A stretch of 64,000 bases of DNA from Dehalococcoidia bacterium (GCA_963555985.3 OY820591.1:768001-832000), one strand, 5' to 3'. Shown: positions 10,562-21,308, counted from the first letter of the stretch. Notes: generated by a model not told the origin, from the sequence alone. A program made the numbers and translations.

Positions 10562-10899
10562 AAAAGATCGAGGCTGTGATTCGGCCCGAGGCGCTGGAGA
10601 ACGTGAAACAGGGTCTGCTGGAGGCTGGGCATACCGGTCTGCACGCGGAGAACGTGGTCGGTCACGGGCACCAGGGCGGCATCGTCCGGAGCGGACGCGG
10701 CGGCCAGTTCTACGTGATCGACATGATCCCGAAGGTCAAGCTGATTGTGGTCGTGACCGAAGACAAGCTCGAGGGTGCGATCGACGCAATTATCGAACGG
10801 GCGCGGACACCGCAGACCGGCGACGGCAAGATCTTCATCTCCGAAGTCCACGATGCGGTGCGGGTGCGTACCGGGGAGCGCGGGCCTGAGGTCCTGTAG
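10558..10899 (+). CDS. glnK: P-II nitrogen regulatory protein
   Basis: MKKIEAVIRP, GDGKIF and RVRTGERG; translationally coupled to amtB. Confidence 0.93.
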   Translation: MKKIEAVIRPEALENVKQGLLEAGHTGLHAENVVGHGHQGGIVRSGRGGQFYVIDMIPKVKLIVVVTEDKLEGAIDAIIERARTPQTGDGKIFISEVHDAVRVRTGERGPEVL

Positions 10900-10922
10900 G
10901 CCCGCGACCGCGCGATCGGGAC

Positions 10923-13478
10923 TCAGTAGACGACCTGCTCGATCAGCAGATCGACGTAGCGCTCATCGTCGATCCCGAACTCGCCCTTGAGGATTTCTTC
11001 GGAGTGTTCGCCCAACTCCGGCGACGGTCTCGTTCCCAAACGCGCGCCGTTCCAGGTGAACGGCTGGTGCTGAATGATGAAGGGGATGTCGCCGCGCTTG
11101 AAGCGGAAGAAGAGTCCGGCGGCGCCGGTATCGGTTTCGGCGAGGTCGCCAGCCGTCTCTGCGGGCGCGGCGGGAATGCCGCGCGCCTGAAGCTTGGCGC
11201 TCGCGGCCCAGACGTCTTGGGCGGCGGACCAGCTTGAGACGGCGGCGTCCAGCTCGTCCTCGACGGCTTTGCGGCCGGCCAGGCTGAGCAGCTCGGGCCG
11301 GGCGGCGAGATCGTCGCGGCCGATGATTTCGCAGAGCGCTCGCCATTCGGCGCGGTTGCGAACCGCAATCGCCAACCAGCGGTCATCGCCCGCAGCCGGG
11401 AAGAGACCGTGGGGCGCGTACTCGTTCGAGCGGTTGCCGATGCGGGGGGCGTCGACGCCGTTGAGGAGCGCGTCCATCAGTTCGTGGTCGAGCAGGTGGA
11501 CGGCGGCTTCGTATTGGGCGATCTCGATCTCCTGGCCTTCGCCGGTGCGCTCGCGGTGGATCAGGGCGGCGATGATCTGGGAGGCGGCAATCGGCGCGAG
11601 GGTGAAGTCGGTGTGCAGCGAGCCCAGGCCGATCGGGGCGCGGTCGGGCGGGCCGGTGTGTCCGGCGACGCCGGACATGGCGGTCACGCCGTTGCCGATG
11701 CCGCGATAGGCCTTCTTCGGCCCGAACGTGCCCATCACCGGGAACGATGTGTAGATGATGTCGGGCTTGATCGCTCGCAGTTCGTCGTAGGTGAGGCCGA
11801 ACTTCTCCATCGCGCCCGGGGCGAAGTTGTTGGTCACGATGTCGAAGTGGGGCAGCATTTCGAGTGCGAGTGCGCGCGCTTTGGGGTGGTGGAGGTTGAG
11901 CGTGAGGCTGCGCTTGTCGGTGTTGGTGTCGTTGAAGAAGGCGCCGGTATCGATCGTGAAGCCGCGCGGCGGGTGGCAGAACTCACGCACGGTGTCGAGG
12001 CCGGAGGCCGATTCGATCTTGACCACATCGGCGCCGAGATTCGCCAGCATCTCGGTGATCAGCGGCCCCGCTGCCATCCAGCAGAAGTCGAGCACGCGCA
12101 CGCCGGCGAGCGGGAGGCCGGACTCAGGCGCCGGGTCCAGCGTGAGCGGGGCGCGTGCGGCGGGCTGAACGCTTGCGCTTGGCTTCTCACCGCGGACCAG
12201 ACCGAGGTCAATCAGCGCACTGATTTCGTTCGCGGAGCAACCGGCGAGGTCTCGCAGGGCGGCTGCCGAATGCTGTCCGAGCGCGGGAGCGGGGCGTGGG
12301 TTGTGGGGCAGCGCGGTGGAGCGGTAGGGAGTGCGCGGCAGCGGCAGGGTTCGTTCGAGCGCGGGATGCTCGACTTGGGGGAAGAATCCGCGTGCGTGCA
12401 GATGCTCCTCGTTGGCGATATCGAGGGCGGTTTGGACGGGGAGGCCAAGATCGCCGTTGGCCTGAGCGCGCCGGATGAGCTCGGCGCGGGGTTGCGCGGC
12501 GCAGAAGCGCTCGGTGAATTCTTGCATCTCGTCGCGGTGCGCGACGCGGTACATCAGGTCCGTCCAGGGTTCATGCAAGAGCTGATCGTCGCCGGTGACC
12601 TCGGCGTACCACTCGGGGAAGTCCTTCCAGGTGGTGTTGGTGGGCGATTGCAGGTAGGTGACCCAGAGGTCGTCGGAGGTGCGGTAGGTGGTTCCCGGGG
12701 TGTCGATGAAGACGATTTCGCCGTCCTCGAAACTGCCCCGCTCGAATGAGCCGGCTCCGGTACCGACGACGGGATAGCGCAGGCCGCCGGTTCCGGTGCG
12801 TTCGGCGACCATGCCGTGCCAGAGGTAGAGGTTCGGATTGGCGGCCTGGATGATCGTGGAGGCGACCGCTTCCTGGAGGCTGATCGTGGCGTGGACCGAA
12901 GCGCCGCCGCGCGCCTGCTGGAAGATGCTAGAGACGCTCGCAACCGTGGCCAGATATGAGGCTTGCTTGTAGCCCAACTTGCCGACGGGATAGTCGGGCG
13001 ACAGGTCGGGAAAGCCGTTGCAGACGAGCTGGCTGCCGGCGGCCATGGCGATCAGGTCGGTGGCTTGCTGTTGCGGGTGTTCGCGGCGGAAGACGACATC
13101 GATCAAGCTCGGGCCGCTGCCGCTCGCGGCGCGTTGCCCGAGTCCGGCGAAGAAATCGCGCGCGACCTCGTGCTGCTCGATCGGCGCGATGATGATGTCC
13201 GCCGAATTGCTCATCTGCTCGATCAGCTCCCACGCCGCCGGGTCGGACAGGTCGAGCGCGAGCGACTCCTTGCCCTGGTTGTAGAGCAAGTGTCGGAGGG
13301 CGCGCTCGTTGCCGGGCGTTCCGTCGAGCCAGGGTCCGGTGCGGCGGATGTAGTCGCCGGTGGCGGATTCGATCCGGATGACGCGAGCGCCCAGATCTAC
13401 GAGATAGCGTCCGGCGATGATCAGCGGCTCGTCGGAGAGGTCGAGGACGGTTGCGCCGTCGAGGGGTGGGGTGGTCAT
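10923..13478 (-). CDS. Fused two-domain CaiB/BaiF family III CoA transferase
   Basis: Two PLxGxxVLD...LGAxVxxIE repeats and two PxLGxH C-terminal motifs. Confidence 0.92.
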   Translation of the reverse strand: MTTPPLDGATVLDLSDEPLIIAGRYLVDLGARVIRIESATGDYIRRTGPWLDGTPGNERALRHLLYNQGKESLALDLSDPAAWELIEQMSNSADIIIAPIEQHEVARDFFAGLGQRAASGSGPSLIDVVFRREHPQQQATDLIAMAAGSQLVCNGFPDLSPDYPVGKLGYKQASYLATVASVSSIFQQARGGASVHATISLQEAVASTIIQAANPNLYLWHGMVAERTGTGGLRYPVVGTGAGSFERGSFEDGEIVFIDTPGTTYRTSDDLWVTYLQSPTNTTWKDFPEWYAEVTGDDQLLHEPWTDLMYRVAHRDEMQEFTERFCAAQPRAELIRRAQANGDLGLPVQTALDIANEEHLHARGFFPQVEHPALERTLPLPRTPYRSTALPHNPRPAPALGQHSAAALRDLAGCSANEISALIDLGLVRGEKPSASVQPAARAPLTLDPAPESGLPLAGVRVLDFCWMAAGPLITEMLANLGADVVKIESASGLDTVREFCHPPRGFTIDTGAFFNDTNTDKRSLTLNLHHPKARALALEMLPHFDIVTNNFAPGAMEKFGLTYDELRAIKPDIIYTSFPVMGTFGPKKAYRGIGNGVTAMSGVAGHTGPPDRAPIGLGSLHTDFTLAPIAASQIIAALIHRERTGEGQEIEIAQYEAAVHLLDHELMDALLNGVDAPRIGNRSNEYAPHGLFPAAGDDRWLAIAVRNRAEWRALCEIIGRDDLAARPELLSLAGRKAVEDELDAAVSSWSAAQDVWAASAKLQARGIPAAPAETAGDLAETDTGAAGLFFRFKRGDIPFIIQHQPFTWNGARLGTRPSPELGEHSEEILKGEFGIDDERYVDLLIEQVVY

Positions 13479-13530
13479 GGTTGGCTCCGGGCGGGGTTGG
13501 GTGTTGGGGGGTGGTTCCGTGCTGTGGGGG

Positions 13531-13578
13531 CACCCCCCTCTGTCCCTACGGGACATCTCCCCCCGCAAGGGGGGGAGA
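13531..13578. repeat. REP-like family A copy
   Basis: CACCCCCCTCTGTCCC-TAC-GGGACATCTCCCCCC-GCAA-GGGGGGGAGA. Confidence 0.85.
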
Positions 13579-13626
13579 GGGGAGAGTGCTTGTGGCGTTG
13601 CTCCCGCGTGCGTGGGAGTTGACCGA

Positions 13627-14562
13627 TCAGAACATGGCGATTGGGTTGATTGGGGAAGCGGTGCCTCCGACGAGGCGGAGGGGGGCGATGGTGAGGAGGA
13701 ATTCCCAGCGGTTGCGTTCGGCGCAGGCTTGGCCGAGCGGTCCGAGGCGGGCGTTGTCGATCAGGTGGACGCCCATGTAGGTAATGATGATGTGGTGGAT
13801 GGGGAGGGGCGAGCCTTCGACGTTGGAGGGGATGAGGTCGGAGACGCCGTCGCAGCCGAGGATGGCGACTTCGCGCTCGTAGATCCAGGGCAGGGTTTCC
13901 ATCATCAGTCCGGCGAGGCCGCTGAACGGCGGCCAGGCGCCTTCCGCCTCGCGGCGTGAGTCGCGGCCGGTGCGGATCAGAAGGATGTCGCCGGAGCGGA
14001 CGGTGACGTTCTGTCTCGCTTCGGCGGCTTCGAGGTCGTCCACGCTGATGCCTTCGCCCGGTTCGAGCCAATCGACGCCTTTGAGCGCGGCGATGTCGAG
14101 CAGCACGCCGCGCGTAGCGATGCCCTGCTCGCCGGCCATGATCGAGTTTTTGGTCGCGCCGGTGCTGAGCACGGCGGAGGCGTCGAAGCCGTTGTACATC
14201 TTGCCCTGGTCGAGGATGTGGCAGAGCGCGTCGATGTGGGTGTTGGCCATGCCGTGAGGCGAGATCATGAAGCCGTCGCCGGTCGCTTCGAGGCCGCGGA
14301 TCGCGCTGGCGCCGGAGACGTCGCCGGCGCCGGTCATGAAGTGCATCACCGGCGTGGGATTGTCGGCGGCGGGTGTCTTGGCGAGTTCGAGCGCGCAGGA
14401 GACGGTGACGCCCTCGCTGACGAGGGCGGCGGCCGCAGCGGAGACTCCGGGCGTGATGAAGTTGAGCGCGCCGCGTTCGTCGTCGGGGCCCCAGCGTCCC
14501 CAGTTGGAGAGTTGTTGGGCGAGGGCGTCGACATCGGCGCGGGTGGCTTGCTGGCTTGGCAT
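13627..14562 (-). CDS. Cyclase family (kynurenine formamidase-like) metal hydrolase
   Basis: NWGRWGPDDERGALN, HGMANTHIDALCH and GDILLIRTG motifs. Confidence 0.9.
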   Translation of the reverse strand: MPSQQATRADVDALAQQLSNWGRWGPDDERGALNFITPGVSAAAAALVSEGVTVSCALELAKTPAADNPTPVMHFMTGAGDVSGASAIRGLEATGDGFMISPHGMANTHIDALCHILDQGKMYNGFDASAVLSTGATKNSIMAGEQGIATRGVLLDIAALKGVDWLEPGEGISVDDLEAAEARQNVTVRSGDILLIRTGRDSRREAEGAWPPFSGLAGLMMETLPWIYEREVAILGCDGVSDLIPSNVEGSPLPIHHIIITYMGVHLIDNARLGPLGQACAERNRWEFLLTIAPLRLVGGTASPINPIAMF

Positions 14563-14658
14563 GGGCGGGGCTCCTTGGGTGCGGGAATGTGATCGCGGGC
14601 AGTATGCCAGAGCGCAGAGCGCAGAGCGCGGTGGGATGATTGGTGTTCGCGCCTATAG

Positions 14659-14822
14659 AAGGGCTTTGCCAACGTCCATCTCTGTGCATTGGGGGCTCAG
14701 AGAAGCGGATCGTGCAATGTGAGGTCGGTGGTACGACCAGATTGGGAGTGATTTCACACTTGGTTGCTTCGAGATTCCCGCCTGCGCGGGAATGACGGAA
14801 ATGGGGATTTTGCAGAGGTCTC
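14659..14822. mobile_element. MITE with IS5-family (IS1106-like) ends and an internal dRS3-like hairpin
   Basis: Ends AAGGGCTTTGCCAA / TTTTGCAGAGGTCTC; flanking direct repeat CCTATAG at 14652-14658 and 14823-14829. Confidence 0.7.
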
Positions 14823-14896
14823 CCTATAGTGGGCAGGATTGTCCCGGCTTGGGGGCAGTGAGCGGGCGCGGCGTGCGCCGAGGAGGCTGATCGGGC

Positions 14897-16246
14897 GTGT
14901 TAGCCGCGATTCAGGGACGGATTTTCTACGGTTGGTACATCGTCGCTGCGGGGATGGTCATCAACGCGCTGATCGGCGGGTTGGTGATGCACTCGTTCAG
15001 CTTCTATGTGGCCGAGCTGAAGGCTGAGTACCTCTGGTCGGCTTCGCTGTTCGCCTTCGCCTTCACCCTGACCCGGATCGAGAGCGGCGTGTTGGGTCCG
15101 GTCCAAGGCTGGCTGATCGACCGCTTCAGTCCACGCACAATGATGCGGCTCGGGATCGCATCAACGGCGCTCGGGCTCTTCGCCTTTAGCCGACTTTGGG
15201 ACCAGGGCAGCTTCATCGGCTTTTACTTCCTGCTCTCGGTGGGCGCGTCGGTGGGCGGGTTCATGACGATCTCGGTCGTCACCGTGACCTGGTTCGAGCG
15301 CCTACGCTCCCGCGCCCTCGGATTCATGGCGATGGGATTCGGGTTGGGAGGATTCCTGCCACCGGTCGTGGGCGCGTTGATCGATGAGATCGGTTGGCGC
15401 TGGACGGCCGTCGGCTCGGCGATCGTGATCATGGTTGTCGGACAGCTCTTGTCCACGCTGTTCGTCCGTCATCCACGCGAAAAGGGCATGTTGCCGGATG
15501 GCAGTCCGCCGGCGGTGGCAAACAGTTCTGGCGCCAGCCGGACAGCGACTGCGTTGCCCCAGAATCCGTACCGCCACCGCGATTTCACCGCGCGCGAAGC
15601 GCTCCGCACCCGCTCCTTCTGGGCGCTGGCGCTGGCTCACGGCGCGCCCCTGATGGTGGTGTCGGGGATGATGGTCTACTTCGCTACCCGGGTGCAGGAG
15701 ATCGAGGGACTGACCGCGGCGGACGCCGGTCTGGCCTGGTTCGTGATGTCTGCGTGTCAGTTGGTGGGACAGTTGACGATGGGTTATCTGGGCGACCTGA
15801 TCTCGAAGCGGCTGATCCTGCTGTTCTGCATGGTTGGGCACGGCGCGGCCGGGATCATTCTCGGCATTGCCGACAGCTATCTGCTGGTGATGCTCTGCTC
15901 AGTCGTGAACGGGCTGGCCTGGGGTGCGCGAGGACCGCTGATCACGGCGCTGCGGGCGGACTATTTCGGCGCATCGAGTTTCGGGCAGATCATGGGTTGG
16001 TCGTCGACCGTGATGATGCTGTTCATGGTCGCGGGTTCGCTCATTGTCGGCAGCGTGCGCGATATCACCGGCGACTACCAGATCGGCTTCATTGTCGTGG
16101 GTCTCGGCGCGGCGACCGGCATTCTCTGGGTCGCGATCGCCAATCGACCCCGACTCGCGCAGGTGGCCGCCGCCGCGCGCGGTCTGGTCCCGCCCGCCGC
16201 CGAGATGATCGCCGTCTCCCGCCCCAACCGCCCGTCAGGCAGCTGA
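14897..16246 (+). CDS. MFS transporter (OFA/MCT-like)
   Basis: FYGWYIV, GWLIDRFSPR and RADYFG motifs; about 12 hydrophobic segments. Confidence 0.92.
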   Translation: MLAAIQGRIFYGWYIVAAGMVINALIGGLVMHSFSFYVAELKAEYLWSASLFAFAFTLTRIESGVLGPVQGWLIDRFSPRTMMRLGIASTALGLFAFSRLWDQGSFIGFYFLLSVGASVGGFMTISVVTVTWFERLRSRALGFMAMGFGLGGFLPPVVGALIDEIGWRWTAVGSAIVIMVVGQLLSTLFVRHPREKGMLPDGSPPAVANSSGASRTATALPQNPYRHRDFTAREALRTRSFWALALAHGAPLMVVSGMMVYFATRVQEIEGLTAADAGLAWFVMSACQLVGQLTMGYLGDLISKRLILLFCMVGHGAAGIILGIADSYLLVMLCSVVNGLAWGARGPLITALRADYFGASSFGQIMGWSSTVMMLFMVAGSLIVGSVRDITGDYQIGFIVVGLGAATGILWVAIANRPRLAQVAAAARGLVPPAAEMIAVSRPNRPSGS

Positions 16247-16283
16247 GCTTTCCGCAAGCTCGGCGCACGCTACGTTGATCTGA

Positions 16284-17594
16284 GTGTTACTCCGCTTTGT
16301 CACGGGTCGCGTCTTCTATGGCTGGTACATCGTTTCCGGCGGGATCGTGGTGCAGATCTTGCTGGGCGGGCTGGTGATGCACGCGACCGGGTTCTATGTG
16401 GCGGCGCTGAAGGAGGAGTTCGCCTGGTCGGCGACGCTGTTCGGGATCGCGCTGGCGATGACGCGGATCGAGTCGGGGGCGCTGGGACCGCTCCAAGGCT
16501 GGGCGATCGACCGCTACGGGCCGCGCACGATGATGCGGATGGGGATCGCATCGACGGCGCTGGGGCTGATTCTGTTCAGCTTCATCGAGAATCAGGCCTC
16601 CTTTTTCATCTTCTACTTCATCGTCTCGATTGGGGCGGGCGTGGGCGGGTTCATGACGCTGACGGTGGCGGTGGTGCACTGGTTCCAGCGGACGCGCTCG
16701 CGGGCGATGGGTTATCTGATGACCGGGCTGGCGTTCGGGAGCCTGATTACGCCGTTGATCTCGTTCCTGATTGAGGGCGTGGGTTGGCGGACGACTTCGT
16801 TGGGGTCGGGGATCCTGCTGTTTGTCGTCGGTCAGCTGATCGCCACGCTGATTGTGCGTCCCGGTGATCGGGGGGAGTCGCCCGAGCCGGCGCGGGCGGC
16901 GACGGTGGCGCGGCCGGGCGTGCCGGCGGAGCAGATCGTCGAGCAGCCGCGCGACTTTACGACGCGGGAGGCGATGCGCACGCGGGCGTTTTGGGCGCTG
17001 TCGTTTGCGCATGGTTCGCCGTTGCTGCTGGTGTCGGCGGTGAGCGGGTTTTTCGTCGTGCGTGTGAGTGAGATCGACGGTCTCAATGCGGGACATGCGG
17101 CGATCGCGATTGTGATTGGCACGGTCTGTCAGTTGGCGTCGCAGCTGATCGCGGGGTATGCGGGCGATTTCATCTCGAAACGGCTGATCATTGCGGTCTG
17201 TCTGGCGGGACATGCGGCGGGTGCGGTGGTGCTGGCGATTGCGGATTCGTTTGCGCTGATCGTGCTGGCGGCGGTGCTGCACTGGACGGCGTGGGGCGGG
17301 CGTGGGCCGAATATCAACTCGCTGCGGGCGGATTATTTCGGCTCGGCGAATATCGGCAAGATCATGGGTTGGGCGTCGCTCGTGATGATGGTGTATTCGG
17401 CGGGCGGGGGTCTGCTGGCGGGCGCGCTGCGCGACGTGAGCGGGGGTTGGACGCTGCCGTTCGTGGTGGTCGGGATTGGGGCGGCGAGCGGGCTGATCTG
17501 GATTGCGCTGGCGACGCGCCCGAGTCTGCCGGACTCGGCTCGCGGGGCGGCCTCAGAGGAGCGGGAGATGTCGTACTCTCAACGGCGTCGCTGA
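16284..17594 (+). CDS. MFS transporter, tandem paralog
   Basis: Same motifs; collinear with the upstream MFS. Confidence 0.92.
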   Translation: MLLRFVTGRVFYGWYIVSGGIVVQILLGGLVMHATGFYVAALKEEFAWSATLFGIALAMTRIESGALGPLQGWAIDRYGPRTMMRMGIASTALGLILFSFIENQASFFIFYFIVSIGAGVGGFMTLTVAVVHWFQRTRSRAMGYLMTGLAFGSLITPLISFLIEGVGWRTTSLGSGILLFVVGQLIATLIVRPGDRGESPEPARAATVARPGVPAEQIVEQPRDFTTREAMRTRAFWALSFAHGSPLLLVSAVSGFFVVRVSEIDGLNAGHAAIAIVIGTVCQLASQLIAGYAGDFISKRLIIAVCLAGHAAGAVVLAIADSFALIVLAAVLHWTAWGGRGPNINSLRADYFGSANIGKIMGWASLVMMVYSAGGGLLAGALRDVSGGWTLPFVVVGIGAASGLIWIALATRPSLPDSARGAASEEREMSYSQRRR

Positions 17595-17621
17595 GGGTCA
17601 GCACGCAGAGGGGGATTTTCG

Positions 17622-19178
17622 ATGGAGTACGACGTCATCATTGCCGGGGCGGGATCGTCAGGAGCGGTCATGGCCGCGCGCTTGAGCGAGGATCGGTCTC
17701 GTTCGGTGTTGCTGCTGGAAGCGGGGCCGGATTTTCCGACGCTGGAGTCGCTGCCTGCGGATGTGAACAGCATTCGCGAGCCGTCGGTGGTTCTGCACGA
17801 CTGGGGGCTGAATGCGAAGTTTGTGCCCGGCCGTGAGCAGCCGCTGCCGCGGGGCAAGCTGGTCGGCGGGTCTTCGGCGGTCAACACCGGGGTGGCGATC
17901 CGAGGGGCGCCTGGGGACTACGACACCTGGGCGGAGCTGACCGGGGACGAACGCTGGGCGTGGGAGCATTGCCTGCCGTATTTCCGGGGGATCGAGGACG
18001 ACAAGGACGAGGGCGGCGATTTTCACGGTCAGAACGGTCCGATTCCGGTTCGGCGCTGGAGGCTGGACGAGATTGATCCGCTCCAGCGGGGGTTCTACGA
18101 CGCCTGTGTCACGGTTGGCTTCGAGGAGACGAACGATCAGAACGATCCGGAGAGCACGGGGATATCGACGGTGGCGATGAACCGCGACGGCCCGGAGTTG
18201 TTGACGCGCTGGTCGGCGAACATGGGCTTTCTCTCGCAGGCGCGCAAGCGGCTCAACCTGACTGTGCGCGGCGACTGCCTGGTCGATCGGGTGTTGTTTG
18301 AGGACGGCCGCGCGATTGGGCTGGTGGTGGAATGCGACGGAGAGTTGCAGACCGTCTACGGGCGCGAGATCGTGCTTTGCGCGGGCGCGATCATGAGTCC
18401 GGCGATTTTGCTGCGTTCGGGCGTGGGCCCGGCGGAGGAATTGGCGGAGCTGGGGATACCGTCGGTGGTGGACTTGCCGGGTGTGGGCAAGCACCTGATG
18501 GATCATCCGATGACGCCGCTGTTGCTGAAGCCCAAGCCGGGCGTGGTGGATCCGACGCATTCGATCATTCAGACGCTGCTGCGCTATACCTCGGCGACGG
18601 GTGAGTTTAACGACATGCAGGTGTATCTGTTGGGGCACGTGCTGGTCGCGCCGGGATCGTGGTTTGGGGCGTGGCGCGGGTCGGATGAGGGCGAGGGTCA
18701 CTGGGTGTTTGGGATCGCGCCCGGGGTGCAGTTGCCGAACTCGTACGGTTCGGTGACGCTGGCGAGCAGCGACTACCGCGAGCATCCGGTGATCGATCTG
18801 AAGTTCGATGAGGACGAGGCGGATCGGGTGCGCTTGCGCGAGGGGGCGCGTCTGGCCTGGCAGCTAGCGGGGACGCCGGAGTTGTCGCAGTATCACGAGG
18901 GCGCGATTGATCTGGATCAGGCGACGGTCGACGACGACGCGCTGCTGGATGAGTGGATTCACGCGACCTCAACGAGCATGGCGCATCCGACCTGTACGTG
19001 TCCGATGGGTCCGGATCCGGCGCAGGGAGCGGTGGTCGACTCGGAGGGTCGCGTATACGGGGTAGAGGGATTGCGCGTGGTGGACGGGAGCATCATGCCG
19101 ACGATCGTGCGCGCGAACACGAATTTCACGTGCATGATGCTCGGCGAGCGGGTCTCGGAATGGATGGACGCTGGCTGA
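17622..19178 (+). CDS. GMC oxidoreductase (choline dehydrogenase-like)
   Basis: GAGSSG, GKLVGGSSAVN, GVGKHLMDH and LRVVDGSIMP motifs. Confidence 0.93.
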   Translation: MEYDVIIAGAGSSGAVMAARLSEDRSRSVLLLEAGPDFPTLESLPADVNSIREPSVVLHDWGLNAKFVPGREQPLPRGKLVGGSSAVNTGVAIRGAPGDYDTWAELTGDERWAWEHCLPYFRGIEDDKDEGGDFHGQNGPIPVRRWRLDEIDPLQRGFYDACVTVGFEETNDQNDPESTGISTVAMNRDGPELLTRWSANMGFLSQARKRLNLTVRGDCLVDRVLFEDGRAIGLVVECDGELQTVYGREIVLCAGAIMSPAILLRSGVGPAEELAELGIPSVVDLPGVGKHLMDHPMTPLLLKPKPGVVDPTHSIIQTLLRYTSATGEFNDMQVYLLGHVLVAPGSWFGAWRGSDEGEGHWVFGIAPGVQLPNSYGSVTLASSDYREHPVIDLKFDEDEADRVRLREGARLAWQLAGTPELSQYHEGAIDLDQATVDDDALLDEWIHATSTSMAHPTCTCPMGPDPAQGAVVDSEGRVYGVEGLRVVDGSIMPTIVRANTNFTCMMLGERVSEWMDAG

Positions 19179-19179
19179 C

Positions 19180-20883
19180 GTGCGTCCGGCCGCAGTGCTC
19201 GCTGCCGCGCTGCTCGCCGCCATCGGCTGGTTCAGCGTCGCGGCCTCCGCGTCCCAGACAGCGACGCTCAGCCTGCAATCCGGCCAAAACGCCGTCACCT
19301 GGAACGGCGCGGAACCGTATCCGATCGCGGATTTCGCCGATACGCCGGTCACGCACGTTCACCGCTGGGATGCGGTGGGACAAGAGTGGCTGTCGCATTT
19401 CGTGGGACAGGCCGATCCGACGCTGCCCGAGTTGCACCTGCTGCCGCGCGCCCAGTATCTGCTGTTCGCTGAGGCGGATTATGAGCTTGACGTGCTCAAT
19501 CCGCTCGCGGGAATCGATCCGCACGCCGACCTGCGCATGGCCGAGCCGCCGGACGATCCGCTCCGCTTCGAGGCCTACTGGCCCAACGAGGACAGTCCGT
19601 TGGAGGACCTGATCGTCCTGCGTCCCGATGACGAGCGATTGTCGGTCAAGGCTGAAGTGGCGGGCGGCGTCGGCGAGGTTGAGGTGTATTGGGTCTTGGA
19701 CGGTCGGCTGAACCATCAGGGGATGGCGTCGAACGACGTGGAGTTGCTACCGGGCAAGCACGATGATGCGCGGTTGAGTGCTGTTGATGCAACCGGTCAA
19801 GCGGTTGTGGTCAAGCTGCCACGCGTGGTGAAGCTGCTCCCGTTGGAGCTGCCTGAAATGACACATGGAATGTTCGCCTTTATGGGCGCGCTGCATCGCT
19901 TTACTGATGCTGAGGTCAAAGTATCGATCGAGGAGATCGCGAACGCAGGGTTCAATCTCCTCGTACACCCGATATGGCAGTGGGGCGCCGCCGGCCAACG
20001 ATCGCCGGGCGCCCCCTACGCAGTCAACTTGCAGCGCCTCGGCTACACGACCGACCTGGCGTTGGCAAATGGCCTGAGCGTGCTGTTGCTCGCCGCTAAT
20101 GAGCCCGCCTGGGCTACACGGGCAGACCTACGCATTCACGACTATTGGGACGTCGGCTTGGCTACCGATCTGCATCTGCTACAAGACACCTTGAGGCTCT
20201 TCTCTGCGCGTCATCCTAAGATCAAGTACTGGTGGGTATCACACGAGTCGAATCTCAACCATTTCTTCGTGACGCTCGATCCACACACGGATGTGGAGCG
20301 CATTCGCATGAGTGCGCTCGGCGTATGGTACGAGAATCCATCAGCGGCGATCATCGCGAATGGACTAGTTCCAGTCGATTATCCGCAGGGGACCTATGTG
20401 GATTGCCCCGACTGGCACGACGAGCCCGATTGTGCCGCTGATGCGGAAGAGTACCTGCAAGCCTTGTACGACTACGGCTTCCGCCGGTGGACAGATATCG
20501 TTGCGTATCATCCCAATTCGAGCTTTCAAGCAGTCGTGCAACAAACCGCGTTGGTGCGCGAAGTGATGGTCCGCAATGGCGATGGGGACGCCCCACTATG
20601 GGCTACATCGGTACTGATTCCTTCAGCGGATCGTGGCCACCAGGGGCTGAGTGACCAGCAGCGCGCTAATGAGATGGCGCGGGCGATTCAGTGGCTGGAC
20701 GAACATCCCCATGTGAGCGGGCAAATCATATTCAACTTCCGCGAAACGCTTTTTGACCGACCGCTGTTCTGGGGCCTGGTAGAGCGAGACTTTGTGAATG
20801 GCCAGCCCGTTCCCACGCCCACCTGGACCGCCGTCGTCGAGTTCCTCCAGCGGCAACGTGAGCAGAGCGCGGCGAACGAGTGA
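19180..20883 (+). CDS. Secreted modular protein with clan GH-A-like TIM barrel, degenerate active site
   Basis: Signal peptide; N-terminal ~200 aa shared with 35595..37280; VSHESN and LWATS where the paralog has VSNEPN and LWATE. Confidence 0.75.
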   Translation: MRPAAVLAAALLAAIGWFSVAASASQTATLSLQSGQNAVTWNGAEPYPIADFADTPVTHVHRWDAVGQEWLSHFVGQADPTLPELHLLPRAQYLLFAEADYELDVLNPLAGIDPHADLRMAEPPDDPLRFEAYWPNEDSPLEDLIVLRPDDERLSVKAEVAGGVGEVEVYWVLDGRLNHQGMASNDVELLPGKHDDARLSAVDATGQAVVVKLPRVVKLLPLELPEMTHGMFAFMGALHRFTDAEVKVSIEEIANAGFNLLVHPIWQWGAAGQRSPGAPYAVNLQRLGYTTDLALANGLSVLLLAANEPAWATRADLRIHDYWDVGLATDLHLLQDTLRLFSARHPKIKYWWVSHESNLNHFFVTLDPHTDVERIRMSALGVWYENPSAAIIANGLVPVDYPQGTYVDCPDWHDEPDCAADAEEYLQALYDYGFRRWTDIVAYHPNSSFQAVVQQTALVREVMVRNGDGDAPLWATSVLIPSADRGHQGLSDQQRANEMARAIQWLDEHPHVSGQIIFNFRETLFDRPLFWGLVERDFVNGQPVPTPTWTAVVEFLQRQREQSAANE

Positions 20884-20904
20884 CCCGTTCTTCCCAAGCC
20901 GCGG

Positions 20905-21306
20905 TCAAGCAGCGAGGTCAACCCGGCGTGGTCGTCCTTGGAGGGACGTGCGAAACACGAAGGGGTGCTCCTCTGCGTCAATCCGGCGCAGCCAGTCCAT
21001 CCGCCGGACGATGAAGGAGAGCACGTCGTAGTTCACCGCGTCGCCCGGCTCGAGGATCACCAGTCCGGCGGCGTGTTCGACCACTGCTGCGCGTTCCAGC
21101 GGACGAGTCAAGATCGCCTGATCCTGCGTCAGGGCCAGCCAGCCGTGCAGGCCGGCATCGCGTATCCACACCACGTCCGGAATTTCGAGACCATGCTGCG
21201 GAGTCTCGCGGTATTGGTCCACGAGCGTGACGCATTCGAGCGCGGGCGCTTTCACCAGGCCCAACGCACGGGCGACACGGGTACCGAGGTCCGCGTCGAA
21301 GAACAA
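20905..21306 (-). CDS. PIN-like toxin (VapC45-type)
   Basis: FFDADLG, IPDVVWI and LTQD motifs; downstream of a DUF433 gene. Confidence 0.75.
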   Translation of the reverse strand: MFFDADLGTRVARALGLVKAPALECVTLVDQYRETPQHGLEIPDVVWIRDAGLHGWLALTQDQAILTRPLERAAVVEHAAGLVILEPGDAVNYDVLSFIVRRMDWLRRIDAEEHPFVFRTSLQGRPRRVDLAA

Positions 21307-21308
21307 GG

